Below are positions 49,205 through 64,000 of a stretch of 64,000 bases of DNA, one piece after another; positions within the stretch are counted from its first letter, which is position 1, and the number at the start of each line of letters is the position of its first letter. The DNA comes from the human T2T-CHM13v2.0 reference genome, Homo sapiens. The stretch is from assembly GCF_009914755.1 (NCBI RefSeq), contig NC_060938.1; one strand, written 5' to 3'. A model generated the notes under the pieces. It worked only from the letters and a program-made list of their open reading frames with translations. It was not told the origin of the DNA and made no database searches. The translations under genes and the position numbers were made by a program.

Positions 49205-50167
49205 TCACCTGGCATACTGCTTAGCTAACTCCCTGAATATTCATGTTTCAACAGTGTTAGTCATTAGTCTTGGTTTAGAAAAAGTTTGTTGGATCTGCAT
49301 TTTTATAATCTTAGTAATTTTATTTTCATTTATTTCTACCTTTTAGACTATCAGTCTTCCAATTACCTGTTTCATTGCCCTAAGCAGTTGTTGGCTAGAC
49401 AACAAAGATGTATTTTGGAGACCCATCTTTTCAATGGGTGGTGTTTTTAACTTAGCTTCTGTTTCTTAGCTAAAATTCCTGAGTTTGGCAGGAGCCTATC
49501 AAGCAATAGGGCAAAGAAAATATTCTCATCTTAGATAGCTCTGAAGAAGAAGTAAGCCTACTTTACCTAAGGCTTTAATAAACACTTTATCCAGGATAGC
49601 TCTCTTTTAGCCTTTTGTGAAGAGTTTTTTAAAATAGGCAACAAAATGTTGAAATCTTTTTAGAAGCTTCTGCACATCAGTAAGCATCCTTGGATGAGAC
49701 TAATGCAAGAGCTCTCATTTTGAAATGTATTTTCTTAAAGTGCAGCATTGTTTGGAACATTTCACTGCCTTAAAAGTATGCCATTTAGAAGAAAACCGCT
49801 GGTGCTTAACTACCAGTCCTTTGACCTGAAACTCTGTTGTGAAACAGGGTTGGAAAAACTTGGACCTAAACCCCCAGTACTGAGACAGGTGGAAGCAAAG
49901 GCATTTCTCTGCAGAGCTCTTTACCTGAATCTCCTGTCCAAAGACAGAGACTGAAACCCTCACTCTTAAAGGAAAAAGAAGCTTTGAAAAACAGTCTAAA
50001 TCTAGACCTTCAACCAAAGAGTGAGAGGTATGAATTCAGAAGAACTTACCCAAAACACCCAGTGAGACTTGTGAAGATGAAGAGTTCATCCTGGTACCAA
50101 GCATTGCTTTCAGAGAAACACCAGGTGGTTGGGGTGGGGGCCATGCAAAGGGGAAGGTTCACTCCGA

Positions 50168-50186
50168 GTCCTGCCGACTTATGCCA
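50168..50186 (-). other. Retroviral primer-binding site complementary to tRNA-Ser
   Basis: TGGCATAAGTCGGCAGGAC starting 4 nt after the LTR end; the tRNA-Ser 3' complement is TGGCGTAGTCGGCAGGAT. Confidence 0.8.
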
Positions 50187-50190
50187 TGTA

Positions 50191-50617
50191 TGTCAATCTG
50201 AAAGGAAGAAACTAGGTAAAACTAATATAAGTAGAGAGTTTATTTGGGCCAAGCTTGAGGATTGTAACCCAGGAGCACAGATTCAAGATCAGCCGCAGTT
50301 ACAAGTGGATGTTTAAAGGCAAAAAAGAGGACAGGGAGTGGGCCGATACAGAGTTGTTAGGAATTCTCATTGGTTTACACAAATAACATTGATTAGTGAT
50401 GGTAATACATTGTTAAGCTATAGGGTATGGGCTACAGTGTCCGGCGCAACATATTATGTCAGTTTATAGCTACTTTATGACAATAGCAAGCAGTTTCAGG
50501 AGATGAATACATAGCTCATAGGAGAAGGAGGATGTGATTACAGTCTCCTTTTAATGTCTCTCTGGACTTGATAATTTTTAAAGAGTCACATTCCTCAGAT
50601 AAAAGTTATTTTCTCAA
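50191..50617 (-). mobile_element. 5' LTR, MER65-like (ERV1)
   Basis: Minus strand AACTTTTATCTGAGGAATG...TTGGCCCAAATAAACTCTCTACTTATATTAG...TTGACA; followed by the PBS. Confidence 0.8.
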
Positions 50618-51406
50618 CCTTCAAGGAGTCATGATTGAATCCCCTCCTAGCTCCTTACCTAGAGGTTGGGGGGACAATCTTCTCAACAATGTTTCAGGAA
50701 TGCATTAACTTTGTAAATTTTAATGTTCTTTATTGGTATAACTCATTCTTACATACACTAGAATGAGATGTGTTGGATGGCACTCAGTGTATATTGTGGT
50801 TCAGTATAAATTTAAATGAGGTTTTACAAAATTCAGCTAAGTTTTCCAAAGGAAATATGATCATTCCATTAAAAAAAAAGTTTGTTAAACATACCAAGTA
50901 GTTTGGAGCTTTCCTGTTCTTATATAAGGTAACCCTCTCCTTTTTTTTAAAAAAAAAAGCTTCTTTGTTATTTTGGTGCTTTTGGATAAAAATTCCTTTT
51001 GCTCACCTTTTCCTTAAATCCCTCACAAATATTTTTCAGTTTACACAAACAGATCATAGTCATGGTATTTTTTTTTCAGTAGTTGGAAGGAAACTTAGTG
51101 CTTACCTAATCTAAAATAGTTTATTTTACAGATGAGAAAACTAGGGTCCCGAGAGGTTAATTGGCTGTCCTGTGGTCACACAGCTAGTTTGTGACAAGAA
51201 TGATTAGAATTTAGGTATGCCAGTCTCCCTAAACTGAACTTACTCCTTTATTTGATGAATAGATATCTGGATTCTTGTCTGTCCCTAGCTAGATTTATTG
51301 TCTTGATTTTTGCCAAACTTCCCATTTCAGTGCTTGTTTTTTTTAATAGTAATTAATATCTGAATCAGAATGTTAAATCTCAAAACTTCATTTTAATAGT
51401 TCATCC

Positions 51407-52154
51407 TGTAATTGCCTGGTGGGTTCATCTTGTCCACTGCCCAGACAGAGCTGATGTATCTATGCAGGGGAATTGCAATAGAGAGAGAGTTTAATACACG
51501 TAGAGCTGGCTAAATGGGAGATCAGAGTTTTATTATTACTCATATCAGCCTTCCCCAAAATTTGGAGGCTAGAGTTTTTCAACATAGTTTGGCAGGCAGG
51601 GTGCTAGGGAATGGGTGCCACTGATTTAGTTGGGGATGCAATCACTGGGGCGTGGAAAATGGTCCTTGTGTGCTGAGTCTACTTCTGGGTGGGGACTACA
51701 GGAAGAGTTGAATCATGAGTCTTTGGTCTGAGTGAAGTCATCTGGTTGTCAGAAATGCCAAAGTCTGAAAAGACATCTCAAAAGGTCAATCTTAGGTTCT
51801 ACAATAGCGATGTTATTTACAGGAGTAATTGAGGAAGTTACGAAACTTGTGACTTCTAGAATGATGACTGCTTATCATTTACGCCTACATCTTAGCTGAA
51901 TTCTACCCCTTTCATAATTCTAACCTTGTAGCCTTTCATTAGTTTTACAAAGGTGGTTAAGCTTTGGGAAGGCTTATATCATCTTTACTGTAAGATTAAA
52001 CTAGAAACTAAATTTCTCCTAAAGTTAGCTTGGCCCATGCCCTGGAAAGACCAAGGGCAGTTTGGAGGTTAAAGGCAAGATAGAATTGGTTAGGTCAGAT
52101 CTTGTTCACTGCTGTAATTTTCTCACTGTTATAATTTTTGCCAAGGCGGTTTCA
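51407..52154 (-). mobile_element. Solo LTR8A/B-like (ERV1)
   Basis: TG...CA; minus strand begins TGAAACCGCCTTGGCAAAAATTAT, like the remembered LTR8 start. Confidence 0.8.
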
Positions 52155-55100
52155 GTACTTAAAATAAAACTGCATATAGAGCTACAATTTCTCTCAGTTG
52201 ATTTCTTATTTGCTATGATTTAATCTTTACATTTAAAAATAATATCTATTGAGTCAGTTTCAAAAATATGTTCAAAAAGCTGTGGGTGTTTAAAAATATT
52301 TTAAAGTATTATATCTTTTCTTAGTCTTTATAGGTTATTTACTTTGATTTAAATGATTACTCCATGTAATTTTCTTGTATAGATGGTTGGTAGAATTATA
52401 CTGATTTAAAACAAAACCTGAATTTAATGGTAGATTATTAAAAGCTAAAGTATTCTTCAACCTCACAAAGTCAGGAAATTTACACTCTAGATTTCCATGG
52501 TAACTAGGATACTTGCTTTACAATACAAAAGACTCTCAAAGGATCATGTAAGGAAAGAATACTTACCTACCATTAAAAACATATTCAGAAATAAACGTTC
52601 TTATAATGAACCAGAATAGGAAAAAAAAAGGAAAGCAAATGAATAATTCTTCTATTTCTAACTTACATTGTGTAATAATTTTCTATGGGTATACAAGTTT
52701 TATTTTATATATCTATTTTATCCTACACTGAAGAAGTAATATAATAAAGCTCCTATGTTCTTGAGGTTATGAGGATGTGTTAGCAGAACTCTTCAGGGAT
52801 TTGAAGAACAGTGATGCCGTGCTGCATTCTGTGCAAGACTAGGAACATGACTTGAGTCACACAGACCAGGATCTAAATCCCATTCCTAATCACTCACCAA
52901 CAGCCTAACCTTGGACAACTCTTGTAACTTCTCTAATCCTCAGTATTTTTGTCTGTAAAATAGAGATATTATGCTGATTTACAGTGTTGTACAATTATGT
53001 ATATACAGTATATCTAATGTCAGCCTTATAATAGGCTCTCAATAACTATTAATTTCCTTGTGCTCTCCTTTACCTATTACCCCACTTCTTCCATTTACCA
53101 GCCCATTTCCACCCGAGGGACCCTAAGGCTCAAAATTAGGATGTGACCACAGATGGCAGGTAGGTGGAACTGAGGAATAAACTTGGTTGGGATAGTTCTT
53201 CAGATCATCCCTAGCATGCAGTATGCTAGTCTAAAGCAGTAATGTCCTTCAAGTGCTCTAATACCTTAACCACTGAACAGTGTCTGTAGATACTCTTAGG
53301 GGGCTTCAGAAAGCCACTTCTATGACAGCTATACTCCTGTCCCTTTAGGACCTTGAATCTTCCCAAATACAAGTATTTTTTTCTAAAGATTTTCTTAAAA
53401 TTTTCTTAAGACCTTTAGTAAAAGTGTATTGTAGCTTTATATTTTTCTTTATTGGAGTGCTACACATCTAAATATATTTTATAAGCTATTCCAAATTAGG
53501 TTAATACAGTGATTGATTACTCCTACTGGAAAAAATTTGAAATTTCAGCCTTTGAGGTAGAGAAGATTTTGATAAAATTTATTTTGACAATTTCTTTAAA
53601 ATATCTTGATTCTTAAGCAGGTTTGTAATATATTAGGCCTTTTTGGTAGCAGTCCTGTCCTTCAATAACATCACCTTCCTAGGTTATGAACATCTGTATA
53701 TATAAGCACTTGGCCTAAAGCAGGACTTTAGAGAACTTAGAGAGGTGTTTCTATAATTAACTGAAATACTGTTACTTGTGTGATAGTATCATTATTTTTA
53801 TATTTGAAGCTTTACTATTTCAACTGTACTGTGGATTTACATAGCCATCTGTGGGCTAGCTGGGGAACTGATAATGTTTTAAATATTAGTTCAGAAAATA
53901 GATTCAGAATTACCAAAGATTGACCCATGTATCAACTTTTGGATAACAAGACCTCTGTGAGTTGATGGTGTCTTCAGATCGTCAGGGCCAGCCTGCTGTG
54001 TACCTCTGCAAGGAGGACAACTAAGAAAAAGGGAGGTGATAAAGGGAAAGAAAAGGAGTAAGTTTCTTCTTTTATCTCTTAAAATTGTCTGCTGTTACTT
54101 TTTGAACTCATAGTGACTTTAGAGGGGTTTATTTAGATAAACAGCCTCCTCTCCCACACCCTTTTTTCTTTTAGAAAGAAAGACATTGTAAAAAGGATTA
54201 GAGAACTTTTTATCATTTGGGAAGAAAATGAAAAGATTAGGGAAGAACATTTATATAATTATTATAACTTGAATAATATGTTTTCATTTTATAACTGGGT
54301 CAGCTCTTACCTGAACAATCTCAAGGATGTTTATTGTATATTGTATCATTTATTTCCACAAGTCTGTAGGCCATCAACTAAAGTAAAAATCTTTTTATTA
54401 TTCAGATTTTTATTGTGGCATTTATATTTAAATAATTTCTCCTGTGTAACAATTTTCTTCTTGCAATCAAAATAAAATGTTGCATGATTTTACATATAGG
54501 CCACTGGGTAAAACAAAACACATGCCTCAGATGTAAAGAAAAACACTTTCTGCTCAATTTTAGATTTATGTTGTACATAAAAGGTGCCTCACATGGCAAA
54601 AATTTTAATTTTAGTTGTATAATAAAATTTTAAGGGGCAACTTGACTCATAGAATCATTTGGCAGATATTGAATGAACACTGGTTAGATATTGTGGAGGG
54701 ATGGATCTGGAGGGAGAGTCCAGAGATGGATGTAAATATTTTCTTCGTTTAGGGAGCATAAACTGAAGTTGAGAAGATAGTTACATATAAAAAAATTATC
54801 CCAGAATCCTTAGAACTGGAAGACCCATTCAAACCCTGGAAGTTAGTTGAATAACGATCCTAGGAGCTTGGTAATTTGCCTGCAAAATTTGTCCACCAGG
54901 TTAGCTGCATCTCTATACCAATAGTGGCATGCTTTCATGCTCTGGGATTCTGAGTTAAGCATGAGTAATGTTCTGTTTGCTAGTAGGGTAGGACTATACC
55001 TAACTGACGTAGAAGAATCAGGAAATTAGGAGCAAACAGCAAACTTGATTATAGAATAGAAGTAGCAACAGGTATATGGCCAGAATCAGATACAAGGACA

Positions 55101-56084
55101 CTATCTTGAGATCCACTAAGTATAAGTCAAGTAGGCATGAGACTCAAAACTGAGTAGTCAGACAAGAAGGATAGCAGCAAGGTCTGGTGCAGCCTAACTT
55201 GCTTTAAGAAGTTGTCCTGTCACTTATGGCATATTCCAACCACCATATGAGTGGGCTACCTGGACACAGCCCACTTTTGAGCTGTTCAAACCAATCTAGA
55301 TCTCTTTTACTTCATGATTTCTCTATTTGTTCTTTGGTTACACCTTTCCATGCCCTTAGGATTTTAATTCTTCTTGGCCACCACTTTGACTCCAGCAGAG
55401 CTCTCTGTCTTAGCAGTGATTTTCTTCCCTGATTCTGTGTGGCTGAGTTTACACCACTGCTGATGTTATTTTCATCTGGCTCACATTGGCCTTGCTAGCA
55501 GAATAGAATGGCTGGGATATTCTGCCATTGCTTTGGAGAAGTGTAAGTGGACCCTATGGTCCTTAGACTTGGCTTATGTAATGCTAATGATAGAAACTGC
55601 TACTCTGGAAACTGATTGTGGGAAACTGCTTGTGGTAAACTGCTTGAACCAGCTGAGAAGCCTAAAATGGAACTATTGACCATACATTCATTGGACCCTT
55701 TCTGTTCATCATGTAGAATTCAACCTATTTGCACTTGTGTTCCCAGAATCTTTCAGAGTGAGACCTGATTGCTGCTGTTTTGATCTGTTTCTTAAGTGTC
55801 CCTAAAAGATAGAGACCCGAGTTCTTTTCCTATTCATAACACCATATTCTTTATAACGGATGTCCTGAAAAAGACAAATTACCTTATCTGCCCAAATATA
55901 AAATACAATTTTAGTTCCCAGTCATTCCTCAGAAAAGAGGGAATTGCCTTTATTTGAGTCTTTGAGTTATTCTCAGATTATTAGACATTATTTTGAGTGT
56001 AAAATGTAAAATATTATTTGAGGAAAACATGTTAGCCTAAAATTACCATTGTCAGCATTAGTTTGGGCTATTTCCCTTGATAAA

Positions 56085-56754
<670 letters not shown>

Positions 56755-57299
56755 TCACATTAGAGGGTAATAATGGTCATGTGTTACTATGTACAAGAGA
56801 CATCTAGCAGGGAGCCTCTCTTGGCTGACTCAAGTCTGAACTGTTGCGCCTGATCTGTACCTCATCCTACCCTTCTCAGCTGTCTTGGCCACTTGCTTTG
56901 TTTTTGATTAATTCATTATGCTGTCTATATCCTTCTTAATTTGATGCACATATTTGATTTCCTGGCTACCTTGATGAACTTTCTGCTGCATTACTGCCTC
57001 TCTATCCACAGGGCATCTCTGGAGTACCTTGGTAACTCCAATTTCTAGACTAACTGAGTCTACCCTGCTGAAATCCTTTGAGTTTGGAGCCTGAAAGAGA
57101 ACTGAGAAACTTTTACCAAAGGTAGGGTTACCATGAAGCTAATAAAGCTTAAGTTCAGGGTTCTACATCTGCATAGGATCCTGGGATATTCTGGGAATTT
57201 AGAATGTTCTAGATGGGGAGAGACAGCCAGGTTATGGTCAGGAAGGTCAGGAAACATTTCTATATAAGCATTTCTGTTCAAAGAGTTCTCAGAGAAGGA

Positions 57300-57467
57300 A
57301 TGTGAGTCTCTAAGCCTCCAGAAATTTATGGTAATTTCTTTTCGTGTTCTAAGTAAATATTTACTTTTGTACCTAAGTTTTCATTTATAATTTGGTATTC
57401 TTATTTTAAGAGATGACCACTCAAATTGTATATGCTTCAGGCCACACAAAATCTGGATCCACCACTG
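57300..57467 (-). mobile_element. hAT-Tip100-like MITE end (MER96B-like)
   Basis: AAATTGTATATGCTTCAGGCCACACAAAATCTGGATCCACCACTG resembles a remembered terminus. Confidence 0.4.
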
Positions 57468-57621
57468 GGTTTTACTAAATGAGATGCTTGGGTGTTTTGC
57501 TAGTTCTTATTTCCCTATACTTAGTAAAATATAATTTATACAACAGTAAGTAGAATCTAGAGCCTCCCCAAATCATTCTAAAATCATTGCTTTCGTGGCT
57601 CCTTTACAAGAGAACTGGAAC

Positions 57622-58027
57622 TGTCACCAAACCAAACTAGATCTGTTTGACTGCACAGATGAGTTTGCCTTCACACACAATGGAAAGCCAAGCACTGAAG
57701 CACCAGATTTTTACACTGAGAAAGGTTTATTGCAAGTCGACTGACAAGGAGACAGAAGGAAACGCTCAAATCTGTCTTCCCAAGCTGACTGGATCCTGCC
57801 ATGGAGTCATGCCAGGACTTGATCTGATTGGATCCTGAATCCTGCCATGCAGTATCCACCTCTTAATTCAGTCCTTACTCCTTAGTCCAAGCACTTAGGT
57901 TCTGCCCATTTGGTTCATCTTCATGTTCAGGTTATGTGACCTTCAAACTGGGGGTCCAACAGCAACTGAAAAACAGCCCATAGCTTTGTTACATAAAAGT
58001 TTACCAGATTGGTCTAATACAGTTCCA
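57622..58027 (-). mobile_element. 3' LTR of an ERV1 (MER4-group) provirus
   Basis: TG...CA; preceded on the minus strand by purine-rich AATAAAGGGGCGATT (PPT); AATAAA (TTTATT near 57726) inside. Confidence 0.75.
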
Positions 58028-58744
58028 AATCGCCCCTTTATTATGTCCATTCCTCAGTATTGAGGGAAAAGGGGTGACAACCACTCTAGCTAGTTCCTGC
58101 TGGTTAGATAGTAGACCTTGGTTAGAGAAATGAAATTGTTTAGTGCTCAGGATTATGTTTCAGAAGAAGTTACTTCAACCCAGTTCTAGGACAAAGGAAT
58201 AAAGAGTTAGCAACCTGAACATTATTTGTTTCAGAGAACAAGGGAAAGAAATCTCAGATTTTATAGCAAAAGTTCACACCCAGGTTCCCAATCAGTTCTC
58301 TTTGTGCAAATGAAGGATTGAAACTTGTAACTTGCTTAGTTCTGATTGATTGATACAGCTCAACTCTGATTGACTGGTTCAAGTGAGCCCCAAAGGTTCT
58401 ATAGATTAAAATGTGTGAGTTTTGGAAGAAGAGTATGGGTATAACTTGTAGTCAGCAAATGGCTACATGGCTCTATTTAAAATTTAGGCTCAGTCAGCTA
58501 CTCAGGATCCATCTTGAAGGACTGGCTCAAACCTGTTGGCAGATAGCATTGCATCCCATCATGGTGCCAGAGTGGTTGACTACCTGCTCCAGGTCCATCT
58601 GGTCCCTTGTAGAGATCCTTGAGGCAGGGCAGTGGCCAATTGAACGACTAGAGTCTTTTACTTATGAGAGGCACTCAAATGTGTGCTAAATTTGAACCAA
58701 AGTCTCTTGGGTTAAGTTGGTTCCTGTTTCCAGCTAAAATGAGT

Positions 58745-59630
58745 TTAAAGTCTTAAGGATTGAGTCGGCACAATCCTAGTGGGAGTCGCTTGCAGACAGC
58801 TGTTAAAATAGGCTAGAACAATTTTAAAGAGCAGCCAAATGCTTAGCCCAAATATGAGGAGGATCATTAAGACTTGTAGGGTGAAACACAGAAGGAATCT
58901 TATACCAGGGTTAAGCCAGCTGAAAACGTCTGGACATTGGAAATTCCACCCAATAAGTCCAGCCAGGAGTCTTTCTGAAGGTGTCCCTTTCAGAGATTTG
59001 GCTAACATTATAACCTCAGATGTTCCCAATTCACCTGAGTGGTAGTATTTACCCAGATACAGCAGCAAGTATTAGCGATAGCAGAAACACCACCCTGTGC
59101 AGTGAGGTGTTAATCTAAAGCAGTGTGGTTGTCTAGGATCACACAAGCAAGGGAGTCTAGGGGAATCTCTCTTGTGCCCTGATGGCATGAGTGGTGAAGC
59201 AGGCAGCTCTATTAACAGTGCAGAAAAGTTTCTGACCATTCCAAACAGAACCTAGTCCAAACCAGGACCTCAGAAACCTTCCTGTGCAGCTCCTTCACTA
59301 GAGTTAATCCCTTTCAGCAAATCACATCCATGAGTGGCCTCCAACTATAATCCATGGGGTCATTGTCAGTGTTGGCGTGTGCCTCAAGACTCTCAGGTAG
59401 CTCTTGGAGAGCAGGAGGCGTAGAATTAGTGAAACTGACTGAATAGATGGGAATTTGCATAAGATCTGTCTGTGGCCAGATCTCCTGGTGAGGACAACTC
59501 AAGTATTATTTTCCCCTTTTTTGGGAGAAGGATATGTGGGCCTGACAGGTTTCTAAGAAGTCCTTTCCCAGGAGGTGAATGGGGGCTGAACAGACAAAAA
59601 CAAACAAACAAACAAGCCAAAAAAAACAAT
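58745..59630 (-). pseudogene. Gamma-type retroviral env remnant (ISD, cysteine motif, membrane anchor)
   Basis: 59160->59041 translates LDSLACVILDNHTALD*HLTAQGGVSAIANTCCCIWVNTT; hydrophobic anchor FLLCFTLQVLMILLIFGLSIWLLFKIVL in ORF 58745-59068; stop and frameshifts present. Confidence 0.88.
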
Positions 59631-59749
59631 GTGGTTTCTCCTGACTGGATGAATTCAGAACTCCAGAGAGAGGGTGTTGAATGCCCACCAAGGTTAAAAA
59701 AGACTAAGGAAAGGGCCTAGGGCCAAGGCAGGCTAAATGCCACTCGGGT

Positions 59750-60815
<1,066 letters not shown>

Positions 60816-61279
60816 AGGTCTAGTTTGTCCCCAATTCTGATATTACACTAGTAATATCAGATTTAAAAAGGGGAAATCCCCTGAATGTCCTCAGAGCATC
60901 CCTAGTCTGGATTGTGAAAAGAGGGCTGAGGGACTCCATTGGGATTTAGTTATAACCAACTATTGGAGGAACTTAGGAAGATTCAGTTCAATCTACAGAT
61001 AGATAACAAGGACTTGAAGACAGTGCACAGAGTTACAATCTAATAACAGATGTACTTTTGCTTTCCTTAGAAGCATAACTTTTTCTCTCCACAGTGATCA
61101 TCTAAGAAATCTCAGATTTAGAATCTTTTGCAGCTGGGAAGCCAAACCGAGGCAGGTTTTTGGAGTTTACTTACAGTCTTAAGGTTCTTGGGCCTGCCAG
61201 GAAGTGACAGTTTTCATTCACTCCCTGAAAAGCTGGGAACTCCTGAAGCCAGGCATTTTATTCACATTCTTAAATATGA

Positions 61280-61655
<376 letters not shown>

Positions 61656-62630
61656 GAGAGAGCAGATTTTTTACTGAACTTACATTACATAAAAATAAGA
61701 ATACTCATTAATGGTTTCTAAATTTTGTAGGAATCAAGTTGTGAGAAAAAGCAAATGCTCCCACCCTTGTTCACAAAGGATATGTTATCAAATTATTGCA
61801 AACTCTAAATAACTTATGACAGAAAATTTCCTAAGTCTAGAAAACAAAACATTTAAGTCATAACAATTAAGTTATGACTTAACGATTAAGACTTAAAAAT
61901 AAAGTCTTAACAATTACTTAACTTCAAGTAGTTTTGTTTTGCTCAGTCTTAATTAATAATTTTGGACTATAGCCAATTGCAAGTGCTTCCAGAGAAAAAT
62001 TTGAGATAATAACTGTGGATAACAAAAATTCAGAACAGCCACAGTCAAAGATCTGATGAGAGTTTGTAACTAACAAAGAAATCTAGGTATTTCGGTAGCA
62101 TATAACTAATTTCACATCATGACATATACCCCAACATATCCGAATTTTAGGAATCTTATACAATTTTGGAATAACTTTTAATAGCACATTTACACAAATA
62201 TGGCTTAAAGGAAATTCAACAGCATTCCTTATTTGACAGTGCTTCCCATATTATTTACCAAATAAGCTTAATCATTTAAAATCTCTGTAAGATGAGAGAT
62301 GCACCCTTTGAGGCTCTCCAGGGGGCCCACCTGTAAAATGTCAAAGTTAATTTTAGGCCAAGAAGCTTGATTTAGGATTTGGATCCTGGGAGAACCTACG
62401 AAAGACATCAAAAAGTTCAAAGTACTTCCTTCAACAGAATCATAGGTCACTGCCAAATAGTAGTTACTCATTTAACCAGAGTGACAATCAAAAGACTTCA
62501 AAAGCAATACAGAAAGTTACATGAATGTAAAAACCTTAACTCTTTTAAACCTCAGTCTTCCTAAGCAATCTTTGTTTCCTAGGCCAGTTACTTTGAGCAG
62601 GGGAATACATTTAGTAACAGCATAGGAAGT

Positions 62631-62693
62631 CCTGGTTACATGAAATAATTCAGACATTTAAGGCCTGGTTACATGAAACAGTGCAGACATATA
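62631..62693. repeat. Imperfect 33-bp tandem duplication
   Basis: CCTGGTTACATGAAA(T/C)A(A/G)T(T/G)CAGACAT(T/A)TAA twice. Confidence 0.85.
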
Positions 62694-63401
62694 AAACTAC
62701 AGAACCAATTTATACTGGGATAAAATATTGCTTTTCTAGACCTTCAAGATAAATCTGAAACCAGAGAAACTAGACAGTTCTCAGGAAGAAATGGGGCAGA
62801 AAGAGAAACTTATTTGTAATTCAGAGAATGGCTATTAAAGAAACAGACTTCAGAATTAAAAATCAAAACCTCTTGCAATCTTACCAGGAGCAAATTGATG
62901 TCTTAAGACACTCTTGTTATTTTAACATAGAGGGCCAAAATTATAAGTTCTGTGCTTTAATATCAACATTCACTGCCTAGAAAGACTTTTTAAAATTTCT
63001 TTTAATTATAGCCAACTTATTCACACCCCAAGTTTCTTTCTTAAAATTTCTATTTATTAACCTTTTCATGACTTACTCAGACCATCTATGACATGCTTAG
63101 ACTTTCTACCTTTCCCTATAATTCTCTTTCTTAAATAACCAGTCATTTTACTTTAGGACAAAGATTTACTACACATGATTCTTTCTTATACAATATTATT
63201 CTCTTTTCTTTATATCCATAACTTTCTTACGTCTCTCTCCCCTTACTATTAGTTCCTTTTTATCTTGTTTCTGTTTCCTTTCTAAATCCATATTGTGAAG
63301 CTTCTTTTAAATAACCTCCAAATTTGACAAAATAATTTTTTTCTCACTGAAGAACATATTTTATGTGTTTCTTATAATTTTTTCTTATTAAAAACACACC
63401 T

Positions 63402-63703
<302 letters not shown>

Positions 63704-63770
63704 GAAACACCTTTTGGCACAGTTCATTTGAAGAATTATAAATTAGAATTTTTAACTCTTAGTAACCTTA

Positions 63771-64000
<230 letters not shown>

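Noticed and set aside
58745-59068. 107-aa hydrophobic ORF as a novel membrane protein or domesticated env
   Set aside because: It is the out-of-frame tail of a decayed env; the ISD contains a stop codon and no intact signal peptide or SU frame is present.

Overview
Hominoid primate (human-like) genomic DNA, AT-rich and dominated by interspersed repeats. I find no supportable protein-coding exon of a host gene: the recognisable ORF-track entries are Alu, L1, MaLR or ERV translations, and the rest are short unrecognised ORFs. Content: about 28 Alu copies or fragments; several L1s, including a young 5'-truncated L1PA with a 489-aa open RT segment and an old L1M carrying many nested insertions; a two-LTR THE1D-like MaLR; two degenerate ERV1/MER4-group proviral remnants (one with a tRNA-Ser PBS and an embedded tRNA-Glu copy, one with pol and env relics); solo LTRs; DNA-transposon MITEs; L2/MIR relics; and microsatellites. 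Most long L1s and the oriented LTR elements lie on the minus strand, which suggests a large intron of a plus-strand gene; I could not identify the gene. I see no new multi-gene system. The most interesting signals are retrotransposition and repair scars: an apparent L1 3' transduction, a TSD-flanked orphan polyadenylated insert, a local inverted copy of an L1MA/MER47 junction, a possibly spliced L1MC, and an Alu-L1 chimera. Repeat subfamily names come from remembered consensus sequences and need confirmation with RepeatMasker/Dfam.
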